DNA of 64,000 nt, taken from positions 6,489 through 70,488 of the forward strand of contig JBKJWL010000051.1 of the NCBI GenBank assembly GCA_046716885.1, read 5' to 3'. A model generated the notes under the pieces. That model ran no database searches and had not been told where the DNA came from. It was given only the letters and a program-made list of their open reading frames with translations. Both the position numbers and the translations under genes were made by a program. Source of the stretch: Thermoanaerobaculia bacterium. GTDB lineage: Bacteria; Acidobacteriota; Thermoanaerobaculia; UBA5066; Gp7-AA6. Below are positions 36,720 to 47,274 of this stretch, in pieces (position 1 is the stretch's first letter; each line of letters starts with the position of its first letter).

Positions 36720-37831
36720 GCCACCCTCATCGAGCGCTCCTTCTGCTCGATGGCCTCGAGGAGGCTGTCGTAGGACTCAGAAAATTTCTTTACGCCCTCG
36801 TCCTCCAGCTCCTGAAAGATCTGATCGGCCGAGATACCCAGCTCGGCGAGGGTCCGAAAGGCAGCGTGCGCCCCCTCGCGGTCGTCCCGGATGCGAACCT
36901 CGGGGTTTCCGTGGTCGCGGTAGGCGTCGAAGGTCTCCGGCGGGATCGTGTTGACCGAGTCCGGCGCGACGAGCGCCTCGACGTAGTAGACGTCCGGGAG
37001 CTTGGGATCCTTGGTCGAGGTCGAAGCCCAGAGCGGCCGCTGCAGGTGCGCCCCCTTCGCCTTCAAAGCCGCGAAGCGTGATCCGGCGAAGACCTCCTCG
37101 AACGCCTCGTAGGCGATGCGCGCGTTGGCGATCCCCGTCTTGCCGCGGAGAGCCTCCGCCTTCTCGTTGCCAGTGGCGATCAGGACGGCGAGTTTCTTGT
37201 CGGCGTTCGTGTCCATCCGGGACACGAAGAAGCTCGCGACCGAATGGACGTCGGCGATGGACTGACCGGCCTGGACGCGGTCCTCGAGGGCGGACAGATA
37301 CGCGTCCATTACCTCGCGATGTCGCGCCACGGAAAAGAGAAGCGTGATGTTGATGTTGATTCCCTCCGACAGGCACTGCCGAATGGCGGGGAGCCCTTCG
37401 CGCGTCCCCGGGATCTTGACCATGACGTTGGGGCGCGCGCACTCGGACCAGAGGCGCCGCGCCTCGAGGATGGTGCCCTTCGTGTCGCGCGCGAGGTGGG
37501 GCTGCACCTCGATCGAGACGAAGCCGTCGCCGCCGCCGCGGGCGTCGTAGACCGGACGGAACACGTCCGCCGCGCCGCGAACGTCGCGGACCGCCAGCGC
37601 CTCGTACACCTGGGCCGCCGGCTTCCCGGCTCCGCCCCCGATGTCGTCGTCGTAGAGAGAGCTGCCGGCGATGGCCTTCTCGAAGATCGTGGGGTTCGAG
37701 GTCATGCCCGAAAGGCCGTCCTCTTCGATCAGACGCTTCAGGCCTCCTCCCTCGACGAGGTCCCGGCGGATGTAGTCGTACCAGACGCTCTGGCCGAGCT
37801 CGGAGAGCTGTTTCAGCGGGTTCGCGCTCAT
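36716..37831 (-). CDS. tal: Transaldolase (long form)
   Basis: ATG 37831 preceded by GGAAGG (371 aa). SVWYDYIRR, GMTSNPTIF, NVMVKIPGT (Schiff-base Lys context). The upstream part of track ORF 36716..38086 is a shadow of tkt. Confidence 0.9.
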   Translation of the reverse strand: MSANPLKQLSELGQSVWYDYIRRDLVEGGGLKRLIEEDGLSGMTSNPTIFEKAIAGSSLYDDDIGGGAGKPAAQVYEALAVRDVRGAADVFRPVYDARGGGDGFVSIEVQPHLARDTKGTILEARRLWSECARPNVMVKIPGTREGLPAIRQCLSEGININITLLFSVARHREVMDAYLSALEDRVQAGQSIADVHSVASFFVSRMDTNADKKLAVLIATGNEKAEALRGKTGIANARIAYEAFEEVFAGSRFAALKAKGAHLQRPLWASTSTKDPKLPDVYYVEALVAPDSVNTIPPETFDAYRDHGNPEVRIRDDREGAHAAFRTLAELGISADQIFQELEDEGVKKFSESYDSLLEAIEQKERSMRVA

Positions 37832-37842
37832 GCCCTTCCTCC

Positions 37843-39849
37843 CTATTTCAGCAACCCGCGAGCGTACGCGACGACAAGCTCCACGGTGAAGCCGTACTCC
37901 TTCATGACGATCTCGCCGGGCGCAGAGGCGCCGTAGCGGTCGACACCGATCGACCCGCCCTCCTCCCCGACATACTTGTGCCACCCGAGCGTGACGCCGG
38001 CCTCGATCGAAAGGCGGGCCTTGACCGCGGGCGGCAGCACCTGCTCGCGATACTCGCGGGGCTGCGCCTCGAAGAACTCCCAGCACGGCATCGAAACCAC
38101 GCGCGTGGGCACGTCCTCCGCCTCCAGCTTCTCGCGCCCGGCGACCGCGAGATGCAGCTCGGAACCGGTCGCCATGAGGATCAGCTTCGGCGCCCCCCCG
38201 GACGCCTCGGCGAGGATGTAGCCGCCTCGCGAGACGTCGCCTGAGGCAGTCGAACGGTCCAGCACGGGGAGATTCTGCCGGGACAGGGCGAGGCCGATGG
38301 CGCCGTCACGACGCTCCATCACCGCTCTCCAGGCTTCGGTCGTCTCGTTGGCGTCGCCGGGACGGATCATCGAGAACCCCGGCATCGCCCGCAGCGCCAT
38401 GAGGTGCTCCACCGCCTGGTGCGTCGGCCCGTCTTCGCCGAGCCCGATCGAGTCGTGGGTCCACACGAACACCGTCGAGAGGCGGCTCAGAGCCGCCAGC
38501 CGGACGGACGGACGCATGTAATCGGAGAAGCAGAAGAAGGTGGCCACGAACGGCCTCACCCCCCCGTGATAGGCCATGCCGTTGGCGATTCCGGCCATGG
38601 CGAGCTCGCGGACGCCGTAGTGGATGTTGTTTCCCTGGCCCGTCTGGCCGTCGAAGTCGCCCGCGCCCTCGAGCTTGGTCTTGGTGGATTCCGAAAGGTC
38701 CGCGTCGCCGCCGACGAGCCACGGGACGTGCCGGGCGATCGCGTTGATCGCCTTGCCCCCCGCAACCCGGGTCGCGAGCGATTCGCCCGGCTTCCATTTC
38801 GGAAGGTCCGCGTCCCAGCCCGGCGGCAACGCTCCCTTGCGCGCCAGCCGCCATTCCTCGGCCAGGCCCTCCTCCGCCTTCGCCCAGGCGTCGAAGCGCT
38901 TCTCCCAGTCGCCCTGAGACTGCGCGCCGCGCTCGAGAGCGGTCCGAAGGTGTTTCAGCGCCTCCGGCGGCTCGTGGAAGGGTTCGGTCCACTCCCAGCC
39001 GAGAGCCCTCTTGGTCAGAGCGACCTCTTCGACGCCGAGAGGACTGCCGTGCGCGGCCGAGGTCCCCGCCTTGTGGGGCGAGCCGTAGCCGATCGTCGTA
39101 CGGACGGCGATGATCGTGGGGCGCTCGTCCTGCGAGACCGCGATCCGGATCGCGCCGTCGATCGCGTCGAGGTCCGTGTTCCCCTTTTCGACGCGAAGCG
39201 TCTGCCAGCCGTACGCCTCGTAGCGCCGGAGAACGTCTTCCGTGAACGCCTGCGATGTGGGGCCGTCGAGCGAGACGCGGTTGTCGTCGTAAAGATAGAT
39301 CAGCTTGCCGAGCTTGAGGTGTCCGGCGAGCGATCCCGTCTCCGAGGCGATTCCCTCCATCAAATCGCCGTCGCTCACGAGGCAGAAGGTGCGGTGGTTG
39401 ACGATCTCGTGGCCGGGCCGGTTGTAGCGAGCCGCGAGGAAACGCTCGGCAATCGCCATGCCCACGGCGTTGGCGGAGCCCTGGCCGAGGGGTCCCGTCG
39501 TCGCCTCGACGCCCGGAGTCAGGCCGAACTCGGGGTGACCGGGGGTGCGGCTGCCCCACTGGCGGAACGCCTTGATGTCGTCGAGCCCCAGGTCGTAGCC
39601 CGTCAGGTGCAAGAGGCTGTAGAGCAGCATGCTGCCGTGACCGGCGGACAGCACGAAGCGGTCCCTGTCGGGCCAGTGCGGATCGCGGGGGTTGTGCTTA
39701 AGGTACCGCTGCCACAGCACGTAGGCCATCGGCGCCGCGCCGAGCGGCAGGCCCGGATGGCCGGAATTCGCCTTCTGCACCGCGTCGATCGACAGGGTTC
39801 GGATCGTGTTGACGCAGAGCTCGTCGAGAGATCTGGAGGCAGTGCTCAA
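37843..39849 (-). CDS. tkt: Transketolase
   Basis: 668 aa. [40 protein letters not shown] (TPP motif), [15 protein letters not shown]. Confidence 0.9.
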   Translation of the reverse strand: MSTASRSLDELCVNTIRTLSIDAVQKANSGHPGLPLGAAPMAYVLWQRYLKHNPRDPHWPDRDRFVLSAGHGSMLLYSLLHLTGYDLGLDDIKAFRQWGSRTPGHPEFGLTPGVEATTGPLGQGSANAVGMAIAERFLAARYNRPGHEIVNHRTFCLVSDGDLMEGIASETGSLAGHLKLGKLIYLYDDNRVSLDGPTSQAFTEDVLRRYEAYGWQTLRVEKGNTDLDAIDGAIRIAVSQDERPTIIAVRTTIGYGSPHKAGTSAAHGSPLGVEEVALTKRALGWEWTEPFHEPPEALKHLRTALERGAQSQGDWEKRFDAWAKAEEGLAEEWRLARKGALPPGWDADLPKWKPGESLATRVAGGKAINAIARHVPWLVGGDADLSESTKTKLEGAGDFDGQTGQGNNIHYGVRELAMAGIANGMAYHGGVRPFVATFFCFSDYMRPSVRLAALSRLSTVFVWTHDSIGLGEDGPTHQAVEHLMALRAMPGFSMIRPGDANETTEAWRAVMERRDGAIGLALSRQNLPVLDRSTASGDVSRGGYILAEASGGAPKLILMATGSELHLAVAGREKLEAEDVPTRVVSMPCWEFFEAQPREYREQVLPPAVKARLSIEAGVTLGWHKYVGEEGGSIGVDRYGASAPGEIVMKEYGFTVELVVAYARGLLK

Positions 39850-39954
39850 TCGGCCCTCCTCGAGGAACCGATCTTATTACGCCTCCGTGAACTCCGTTCG
39901 AAGGGTTAACTCCTCGCGCATCTGAGAGAGAATCGCCGCGAAAGGTTTCTGCCC

Positions 39955-41943
39955 GTGTCGAATCAACAGCCCCTCATCGCCGCCCGCGGCTCCGGAAAAC
40001 CCCTCGAGTGGTCCCGCTCCGACCTCGAGGGGCGCGAGCTCGCGCTCGAGTGGCTGGAGACCGACGGCGCGGGAGGCTTCGCGTGCGGGACCGTGGGCGG
40101 CCCGCGCACCCGTCGCTACCACGGCTGGTACGTGCCCGCCGTTCCGCCCCCGCGGCGGCGCTGGATGATGGTCGCGGGCTGCGAGGAGTTTGTGACGTGC
40201 CGCGGCGCGACCGACGGGATCTCGACGCAGATCTACCGCGACGCAACGGCGCCGGACGGCATGAAGAATCTGTCGGGATTCCGGCTGGAGCCGTTTCCGA
40301 CCTGGCGGCACGAGACCGAAGACTTCTGCGTCGAGCGCTCGCTCTGCCTCGTGCGCGACCGCTCGTTTACGATCGTGCGCTACGTCAATCGGGGCTCGAC
40401 CGAGATCACGCTGCGCGTCCGGCCCCTGCTGGCCCTCCGGGGCTCGCACCGCCTGCAGCACGAGACGGCGGACTGGGACGCGACGACCGAGGTCCGCGGC
40501 GAGACTTCCTGGGTGCGTCCGCTGCCCTATCTGCCCCGGCTCTACCTGCGGGGCGTCTTCGCCGCGACGCACCTGGACCCCGTGTGGTACCGCAACTTCT
40601 CCTACCCGGAGGAGACGGCTCGGGGATACAGCGGTACCGAGGACCTGTGGAGCCCGCTCGAATGGGAGTGGAAGCTGCGGCCGGACGCCCAGGCCTTCGC
40701 GCTCTTCTCGCTCGACGAGGTGGCGGCCGATCCGGACCGTTTCCTCGACGAAGAGCGCCGGCGACGGGATGCCTTCGCCCGCACCGGTGACTTGGTCTTC
40801 GACGAGCTCGCCCGCCGCGCGGAAACCTTCCTGGCCGAACCCGACCCCCGCCACGCCACGGTCCTGGCGGGGTTCCCGTGGCTCGCGGACTGGGGCCGCC
40901 AGGCCATGATCGCGGCGCCCGGGCTCGCCCTCGCCAACGGGCGTTACGGGGCGGCGGCGAAGGTGCTGAACACGTTTGCCGGAATGAGGCGGGACGGGCT
41001 CATCCCGAGTCACTTCTCGGGCGAGGAGGGCGACCCCCAGTACGACTCGATCGACGCCTCCCTCTGGTTCATCCTGGCCGTCGAATGGTTCGGCCGGGTC
41101 CGGCGCACTCCCGGGCGTTCCTCGCCGATGCTCGGCGCGGTGCGCTCGATCATCCAGGCGTACCGGCGAGGCACCCGCTTCGGAATCGGCGTGGGCCCGG
41201 ACGGCCTGCTCGCGGGGGAGGCGCCGGGACGCGCGCTGACGTGGATGGACGCGGTCGTCGATGAGAAGCCCGTGACTCCCCGCTCGGGCCGCGCCGTCGA
41301 GGTCAACGCGCTGTGGCACGCGGCGTTGCAGAGCGCCGCCCGGCTCGAGCGGCAAGCCGGCGAGATGGGACGGGCCCGGGAGCTCGAGTCGGAGGCCTGG
41401 CACGTCGCCCGCCGCTTCAACGAAACGTTCTGGCACACCGAGAAGGGCTACCTCTACGACGTCGTCGGCGGCTTCGCGCCTGATGCCAGCCTCCGCCCCA
41501 ACCAGATCCTGGCGGTCTCCCTGACTGAAGATCTCCTGCCGCCGCACCGCGCGCGGTCGGTCTACTGGGCGGTGCGGCGCAGCCTGCTCACGCCGTTCGG
41601 GCTGCGCACGCTCGATCCGCTGGACCAGCGCTACCGGGGGACCTGCGCGGGCGACGAACGCGCTCGACTCTCCGCGGCGCACCAGGGGTCAGTCTGGCCG
41701 TGGCTGATGGGCCCGTTCGCCGACGCGCACTTCCGCGTCTTCGGCAACAACGAGAAGTCCCGCCGCACAATGCGGGCACTGCTCGCGCCGCTGCGCGCCC
41801 ATGTGCGCGAGGCCGGGCTCGGCTACGTCTCGGAGATGTTCGACGGCGACTCGCCTCACACGCCCCGCGGCTGCTTCGCCCAGGCGTGGAGTGTCGCGGA
41901 AGTCGCGCGTGTGGTGTACACGCACCTGGCGGGGGGAGAGTAA
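39955..41943 (+). CDS. Glycogen debranching enzyme (amylo-alpha-1,6-glucosidase, GDE_N + GDE_C type)
   Basis: 662 aa, GTG start. EWLETDGAGGFACGTV..TRRYHG N-domain. GFPWLADWGRQAMIA, DASLWFI, WMDA catalytic (alpha/alpha)6 region. CFAQAWSVAE at the C-terminus. Confidence 0.85.
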   Translation: MSNQQPLIAARGSGKPLEWSRSDLEGRELALEWLETDGAGGFACGTVGGPRTRRYHGWYVPAVPPPRRRWMMVAGCEEFVTCRGATDGISTQIYRDATAPDGMKNLSGFRLEPFPTWRHETEDFCVERSLCLVRDRSFTIVRYVNRGSTEITLRVRPLLALRGSHRLQHETADWDATTEVRGETSWVRPLPYLPRLYLRGVFAATHLDPVWYRNFSYPEETARGYSGTEDLWSPLEWEWKLRPDAQAFALFSLDEVAADPDRFLDEERRRRDAFARTGDLVFDELARRAETFLAEPDPRHATVLAGFPWLADWGRQAMIAAPGLALANGRYGAAAKVLNTFAGMRRDGLIPSHFSGEEGDPQYDSIDASLWFILAVEWFGRVRRTPGRSSPMLGAVRSIIQAYRRGTRFGIGVGPDGLLAGEAPGRALTWMDAVVDEKPVTPRSGRAVEVNALWHAALQSAARLERQAGEMGRARELESEAWHVARRFNETFWHTEKGYLYDVVGGFAPDASLRPNQILAVSLTEDLLPPHRARSVYWAVRRSLLTPFGLRTLDPLDQRYRGTCAGDERARLSAAHQGSVWPWLMGPFADAHFRVFGNNEKSRRTMRALLAPLRAHVREAGLGYVSEMFDGDSPHTPRGCFAQAWSVAEVARVVYTHLAGGE

Positions 41944-41953
41944 GGATTTGCCG

Positions 41954-42151
41954 ATGCGCGTCCTCATGTTCGGCTGGGCGTTCCCACCTTCCTTCAGCGG
42001 GGGGCTGGGCGTCGCCTGCGAGGGCCTCGTCCGGGGGCTGCGGGAGAACGAGGCGGAAGAGACCGGCGTCTTCGAGTTCGAAGGATGGGTAGCCCGGTGC
42101 GCAAGGTGGCGTGAGACCGCCGAGCCGCCGCGTCCCGCCCCCGTCGCTTGA
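41954..42151 (+). pseudogene. 65-codon N-terminal remnant of a GT4/glycogen-synthase-like glycosyltransferase
   Basis: MRVLMFGWAFPPSFSGGLGVACEGLVRGL is the canonical GT-B N-terminus ((E/F)PP-x3-GGLG). After about 30 residues similarity is lost, and the frame stops at 42149-42151, overlapping the gpmI TTG (TTGA). A full-length enzyme would need about 1.2 kb. Confidence 0.45.
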
Positions 42152-43671
42152 AGACCGCGCCGATTCTCCTCCTGATCTGCGACGGATGGGGCCATGCGCC
42201 GCCCTCCGACGGCAACGCCATCACGCTCGCCCGCACGCCGATCTTCGACCGGTGGCTCGCGGAGTACCCGTGGACGCTGCTGGAGGCGTCGGGCGAAGCC
42301 GTGGGCCTGCCGGCCGAGGTCATGGGCAACTCCGAGGTCGGGCACTTGACGCTCGGCGCGGGCCGGATGGTCCCCAAGGATCTCCTGCGGATCGACCTCG
42401 CCCTGCGCGACGGGTCTTTCTTCGCGAACCGGGCCCTGAGGGCCGCCGCGGAGCACGCGAAGAGCCGGGGCGCGACGCTCCACCTGATGGGGCTCGTTTC
42501 CGACGGGGGCGTGCACTCGCACGAGCGGCACCTCGAGGGGCTGATCGCGCTCGCGGCCAGAGCAGGTGTGCCGCGCCTCCGGGTCCACGTCTTCACCGAC
42601 GGGCGCGACACGCCGCCGAAGTCGGCGCTCATCTACGTGTCGCGGCTCGAGGCGGCGCTGTCACAGGCCGGCGGCCGGATCGCCACGGTTTCCGGCCGCT
42701 ACTACGCGATGGACCGGGACAAGCGCTGGGACCGGGTCGCGCGCGCGTACGCCGCCCTCGTCTTCTCTTCCGGCCTGCACGCCGAGAGCGCCGCCGCCGC
42801 GATCGAGGCCGCCTACGAACGCGGCGAGTCCGACGAGTTCGTGCAGCCCACCGTCCTCATGGACGGGGACGAGCCCGTCGGGCAAATCCAGGACGGCGAT
42901 GCGGTCGTCTTCTTCAACTTTCGCGCGGATCGTGCGCGCCAGATCACGCGGGCGCTGACCGAGGCGGAGTTCGCCGATTTCCCGCGCCCCAGGCCGCCCA
43001 GACTCCACTTCGTGGGCTCCACCGAGTACAAGAAAGAGTTCGGGCTGCCGGCCGCCTTCCCGCCTCAGGACCCGACCCACATCCTGGCGGACGTGTGGGC
43101 CGAACGGGGGATCGGGAACCTGCGGCTGGCGGAGACCGAGAAGTACGCGCACGTGACCTACTTCTTCAACGGTGGCATCGAAAAGGCCTATCCGGGCGAG
43201 GAGCGCATCCTCGTTCCGTCCTGGAAGGGCGCGACCTACGACCTGCACCCCGAGATGAGCGCCGCGCAGATCACCGAGGAGGCCGTCCGCGCCCTGCGCG
43301 GCGGCAGGTTCGACGTCTCCGTCGTCAACTTCGCCAACGCGGACATGGTCGGCCACACCGGGAAGCTGCCCGAGACGATCGAGGCCATCGAGACGCTCGA
43401 CCGCTGCTTCGGCACCCTCGAAGCCGCCTGCCTCGAATCGGGCGTGCGGCTCCTGATGACGGCCGACCACGGCAACGCCGAACAGATGATCGACCCCGTC
43501 ACGCGCCAGCCGCACACGGCCCACACGCGCAATCCCGTGCCGCTCGTGCTCTGCGCAAAGGACGGCGCCTTTTCCTCCGGAGGCACGCTCGCCGATGTCG
43601 CCCCGACGCTGCTGGCGCTCCAGGGCTTCGAGGCACCGAAAGAGATGACGGGAAAGGACCTGAGGAGGTAG
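42148..43671 (+). CDS. gpmI: 2,3-bisphosphoglycerate-independent phosphoglycerate mutase
   Basis: 507 aa, TTG start. LLLICDGWG, GNSEVGHLTLGAGR (catalytic Ser), VNFANADMVGHTG, TADHGNAE. Confidence 0.9.
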   Translation: MKTAPILLLICDGWGHAPPSDGNAITLARTPIFDRWLAEYPWTLLEASGEAVGLPAEVMGNSEVGHLTLGAGRMVPKDLLRIDLALRDGSFFANRALRAAAEHAKSRGATLHLMGLVSDGGVHSHERHLEGLIALAARAGVPRLRVHVFTDGRDTPPKSALIYVSRLEAALSQAGGRIATVSGRYYAMDRDKRWDRVARAYAALVFSSGLHAESAAAAIEAAYERGESDEFVQPTVLMDGDEPVGQIQDGDAVVFFNFRADRARQITRALTEAEFADFPRPRPPRLHFVGSTEYKKEFGLPAAFPPQDPTHILADVWAERGIGNLRLAETEKYAHVTYFFNGGIEKAYPGEERILVPSWKGATYDLHPEMSAAQITEEAVRALRGGRFDVSVVNFANADMVGHTGKLPETIEAIETLDRCFGTLEAACLESGVRLLMTADHGNAEQMIDPVTRQPHTAHTRNPVPLVLCAKDGAFSSGGTLADVAPTLLALQGFEAPKEMTGKDLRR

Positions 43672-45057
43672 TCAGCTCCCGCAGCCGTCGTAGAGCGTCG
43701 TGTCGGGGAAAAAGGCGTACCAGCCGAACCAGTAGGCGCGGTGACCCGGCAGGCGCGGCAACGTCTCGGCCTTGGTGCCGACGCCGACCAGGGCCTCTTC
43801 TTCGACCTTCCAGACCTCGCTTCGCCCGGGCTCCACGAGGGTGCCGGCGGGGCCTTCCGCGAACACCCGCTCGCGGCGGGCGTAGGCGCGCACGGCGCCG
43901 CTCTCCGGGTCGGCGACGAGAACAGCGGGTGTGGCGCCGACGGCGTCGTTGACGACGCGCTCTCGAAAGAGCGTCGCGAGCGGATAGGCGCGGGCGGCCG
44001 CGCCCGCGCGGAGCGCGTAGACCCAGTCCTTCGGGGCCAGGGCGTCGCTGCGCACCCAGACGGGAAACATCGTGTCCGGGCTGGCGAAGTATCGGCCGTA
44101 GGCCGCGCCCGCGGAGTAGTCCCGATCGAATCCCGTCTCGAGGCTCGCGACGGTCGACACGGGGTGCCGCCGCCGCCACTCTCCCCAGGAAGTCACCGTG
44201 AGCGGGTGCATCGGAAGGACGACGCCGCTGCCGGCGAGCGCCCCGCCCACGGGCTCGCCGGTCAGGTTGCTCCAGAGCGACTCGGTGCCTTCGTCGTACA
44301 TCAGCTTGTTCGAGCGATAGAGCAGGCCCGAGGAGCCGAAAACGAAGACGCCGCCATCCTCACGGCGCGTGGCATAGGCGACCGCCGATCCGCACAGGGT
44401 GCAGTACGAGATTGCGAAGGGCTCGCCGCCGACGACGTCGTTGACCATCTCGTGCCAGTCCAGGACGCGCTGTGGATAGGCGCGGTACTCGCCGCCTGAG
44501 CCGACGCCGAAGACCGTTTCCGAATCGGAGAGAAAACGCGCGTCCGCGGCGGCGACGACCCTGGGATTCTTCAGCGCCGGAATGCCGTCCTTCCGTACAC
44601 CTCCCCAGACAATCTCCTCGGGACGAATGTGGAGGGGCTGGCGAGGATCCAGAAACTTTTCGAACGCGGGGTCGATCCGGGCAAAAAGCGCCGCTTTCCA
44701 GGCGCGGTACCCCGGGGCGGGGCGAATCTCCTCGTGGCCGCCGATCCACTCCACCCAATTGCGGTAGCGGTCGCCGAGGCGCGCGCCCGAGAGCGCCTCG
44801 AGGCAGGCGGCGACGTCGCCCTTCGCCTCTCGAGGCGCGAAGAAGAGGGCGTCGACCAAGTGCGGGAGGAGCGTGCGATCGCCCGAGCCGGTGATCCCGA
44901 CCCGCGCGGTCCGGCGCCGCGGCTCATCGGACGAAAGGAGACGGGTCAGGAGGGCCCGGGCCTCGGCGGGCTCGAGAGGTTTCGGAGCGAGCGCCGCGCC
45001 CGCGGCTGCGCCGAGCAGCGCGAGCGTCAGCGGGAGGCCCTGTGCCCGGATTCTCAT
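43672..45057 (-). CDS. Secreted DUF3179-family protein
   Basis: 461 aa. Signal peptide. KDGIPALKNP, AYPQRVLDWHEMVND, AISYCTLCGS, GSSGLLYRSNKLMYD match my recollection of DUF3179 hallmarks. The ATG overlaps the upstream stop (ATGA). Confidence 0.7.
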   Translation of the reverse strand: MRIRAQGLPLTLALLGAAAGAALAPKPLEPAEARALLTRLLSSDEPRRRTARVGITGSGDRTLLPHLVDALFFAPREAKGDVAACLEALSGARLGDRYRNWVEWIGGHEEIRPAPGYRAWKAALFARIDPAFEKFLDPRQPLHIRPEEIVWGGVRKDGIPALKNPRVVAAADARFLSDSETVFGVGSGGEYRAYPQRVLDWHEMVNDVVGGEPFAISYCTLCGSAVAYATRREDGGVFVFGSSGLLYRSNKLMYDEGTESLWSNLTGEPVGGALAGSGVVLPMHPLTVTSWGEWRRRHPVSTVASLETGFDRDYSAGAAYGRYFASPDTMFPVWVRSDALAPKDWVYALRAGAAARAYPLATLFRERVVNDAVGATPAVLVADPESGAVRAYARRERVFAEGPAGTLVEPGRSEVWKVEEEALVGVGTKAETLPRLPGHRAYWFGWYAFFPDTTLYDGCGS

Positions 45058-47267
45058 CCCCCCGCCGGATCCCGGCGCTCGCGGGCTTCCGGGAAGCGCT
45101 GACGGAGCTCGGCACGGATCTCGCGGGCGCTGGCAGGATCCCCCAGGATCTCGTAGGTCCGGATCGCCGCGAAGTAGGCCTCCGGAGAGGGGACCTCGAG
45201 GACGAGGTCGCCGAGAGTCTTGCGGGCTTCCGCTTCGCGCCCCTGGCTGGCGTAGAGCATCGCGAGCGCGGCCCGCGGCGCGGGGTTGCCCGGGAAGTCT
45301 CGGATCTCCTCGCGGAACGCCGCCTCCGCCTCGGCCTCGCGGCCAAGCCGCGCGAAGCTGTCGCCGCGCAGGAAGTTCAGGTTCTGCAGCATCACCGTGG
45401 ACTCTTCGGCATGGGGACGGCGAACCCGCTCGAGCTCGACCAGGGCGCCGGCGTAGTCGCGCCGGTCGTGCAGAACGCGGCCCAGGATCAGGCGCGGAAC
45501 CCGCCGCGACGGATACTTCTCCAGCACCGCCCGCGCGGAGCGCTCGGCGGCGTCGAGATCCCCTTGCGCCAGCGCGATTCGGGCCAGCGTCTCGTGGGGG
45601 CTGACCGTGCCCGCGTCCCCGACCGCCTCGGCGTGCCTTCGCGCCTCGTCGAAGTTTCCGATCTGCAGGTAATAGTCGGAGAGGGCCATGAGAACCTGAG
45701 GATTCCCCGGCGCGAGCTTCGCGGCGGTCTGAAGCGCCCGAAGCGCTTCGGCGTCGCGCCCGAGCTTCATGGAGGCCTCCGCGTACATCTGCCAGACGTC
45801 CGTCATGCCCGGCTCGCTCTCGAGGAGAGCGCCCAGAACCTTCACCGCCTCCGCGTCCCGGCCCGCCTGCAAGGCGCCGAATCCGACTTTCAGCTTCTCG
45901 ACGGCCCCGATGCGGTCGCGGGGCGCCGGCAGGTTCTTCTTCGAGAGGTCCGCGGACGAGGCGCTGATGTATCCGAGCGCCGCGAGCTTCTTCATCTGCT
46001 CGGGATCGGTGCTGCCGGGGGCCTGGAGCGGCCGCGGCATCCGCGAGAGCTCGGCGCGCAGCGCGCGGAAAGCGGGCAGCAGTCCCGCCGAGAGGTCCGT
46101 TTTCTCGCCCGGGTCGGCCACCATGTCGTAGAGCTCAGGGCGCGGCGACTCGATGTAGTGGCTCCGGTCATCCACCAGCGAGGCCAGGTCGCTCCAGCCC
46201 AGGTGGAGGCGCGGATAGAGCGTCTCGCTGTAGATCCGGCGCGCCCCTCCCGCGGAGGTGGGCGCCGCGCCGGCGAGGCCCTCCGTCAGCGAGCGGCCGG
46301 GAAGCCCCGGCGGCGCCGGGTGCCCGGTCAAGGCCGCCACTGTCGGGAAGAGGTCGGTCAACCCGACCGGCCCTTTGACCGTCGCGCCCGCGTGCCGCCC
46401 GCCCGGGAGCTTGACGATCAGCGGGACCCGGATCGCCTCGCGATAGAGCAGCACTCCGTGCTCGTCCTCGCCGTGGTCGCCCAGGCCCTCTCCGTGGTCC
46501 GAGAGAAAGACGACGATCGCCTCGTCGTAGAGGTCGCGGTCCTTGAGGAACTTCAGGAAGCCTCCGACGATCTCGTCGGCGCGCGCGATCTCCCCGTCGT
46601 AGGACAGCGCGTAGCGGCTGCGGAACGGCTCGGGCGGCTCGTAAGGCGAGTGCGGCTCGAAGAGGTGGAGGAACGCGAAGAAGGGTTTCCCCCCGCGCCC
46701 GCCGATCCACTCGGTCAAGAGCGCGGCGGTCTCGTTCCCGCGGCGCTGGACGCGGGAGAGCGTCTGGTTGACCTTCGTCGGCTCGACGGCATCCTCGTAG
46801 AACTCGAAGCCGCGAGAGATTCCGGTCGCATGCGACAGCACGATCGCGGAGACGGCGCCTCCTGTCGCATACCCCTTCTCCTTGAGAAAGGACGCGATCG
46901 TCGCCGGCTCCGCGCCGAGCGCGTATCCGAGGTTGTCGCGCACGCCGTTCTGCGGCGGCAGCAGGCCGGTGAAGATCGTGGCGTGGGACGGGAGCGTCAG
47001 GGGCACATGGGTGTACGCGTTCTCGTAGAGGACCGCATCCCGTCTCAGCGCGTCGAGGTTCGGCGTCGCAACCCCCCGATACCCGTAGGCCGGGAGGTGG
47101 TCGGCCCGGAGAGTGTCGACCGTGATGAGAACGACCGGGGCTCCACGAAACTCGAGGCGACCGTCGCGCCGGCACCCCGGAGCCAGGAGCAGACCGGCGA
47201 CCGCGGCTACGGCGGCGCACGCCCGTACACGGCGGGCGAGTCTCGGGCCTCTCGAGTCTGCTAGCAT
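45054..47267 (-). CDS. Sulfatase-fold (alkaline-phosphatase superfamily) hydrolase/transferase fused to C-terminal TPR repeats, paralogue 1
   Basis: Start taken at ATG 47267 (737 aa) to avoid a head-on overlap with the divergent gene at 47275. VVLITVDTLRADHLPAYGY, signature-I region PLTLPSHATIFTG (Thr at the Cys/Ser position), FLSDHGEGLGDHGE. The C-terminal ~300 aa are TPR-like. Confidence 0.8.
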   Translation of the reverse strand: MLADSRGPRLARRVRACAAVAAVAGLLLAPGCRRDGRLEFRGAPVVLITVDTLRADHLPAYGYRGVATPNLDALRRDAVLYENAYTHVPLTLPSHATIFTGLLPPQNGVRDNLGYALGAEPATIASFLKEKGYATGGAVSAIVLSHATGISRGFEFYEDAVEPTKVNQTLSRVQRRGNETAALLTEWIGGRGGKPFFAFLHLFEPHSPYEPPEPFRSRYALSYDGEIARADEIVGGFLKFLKDRDLYDEAIVVFLSDHGEGLGDHGEDEHGVLLYREAIRVPLIVKLPGGRHAGATVKGPVGLTDLFPTVAALTGHPAPPGLPGRSLTEGLAGAAPTSAGGARRIYSETLYPRLHLGWSDLASLVDDRSHYIESPRPELYDMVADPGEKTDLSAGLLPAFRALRAELSRMPRPLQAPGSTDPEQMKKLAALGYISASSADLSKKNLPAPRDRIGAVEKLKVGFGALQAGRDAEAVKVLGALLESEPGMTDVWQMYAEASMKLGRDAEALRALQTAAKLAPGNPQVLMALSDYYLQIGNFDEARRHAEAVGDAGTVSPHETLARIALAQGDLDAAERSARAVLEKYPSRRVPRLILGRVLHDRRDYAGALVELERVRRPHAEESTVMLQNLNFLRGDSFARLGREAEAEAAFREEIRDFPGNPAPRAALAMLYASQGREAEARKTLGDLVLEVPSPEAYFAAIRTYEILGDPASAREIRAELRQRFPEARERRDPAGG

Positions 47268-47274
47268 CCGCACC

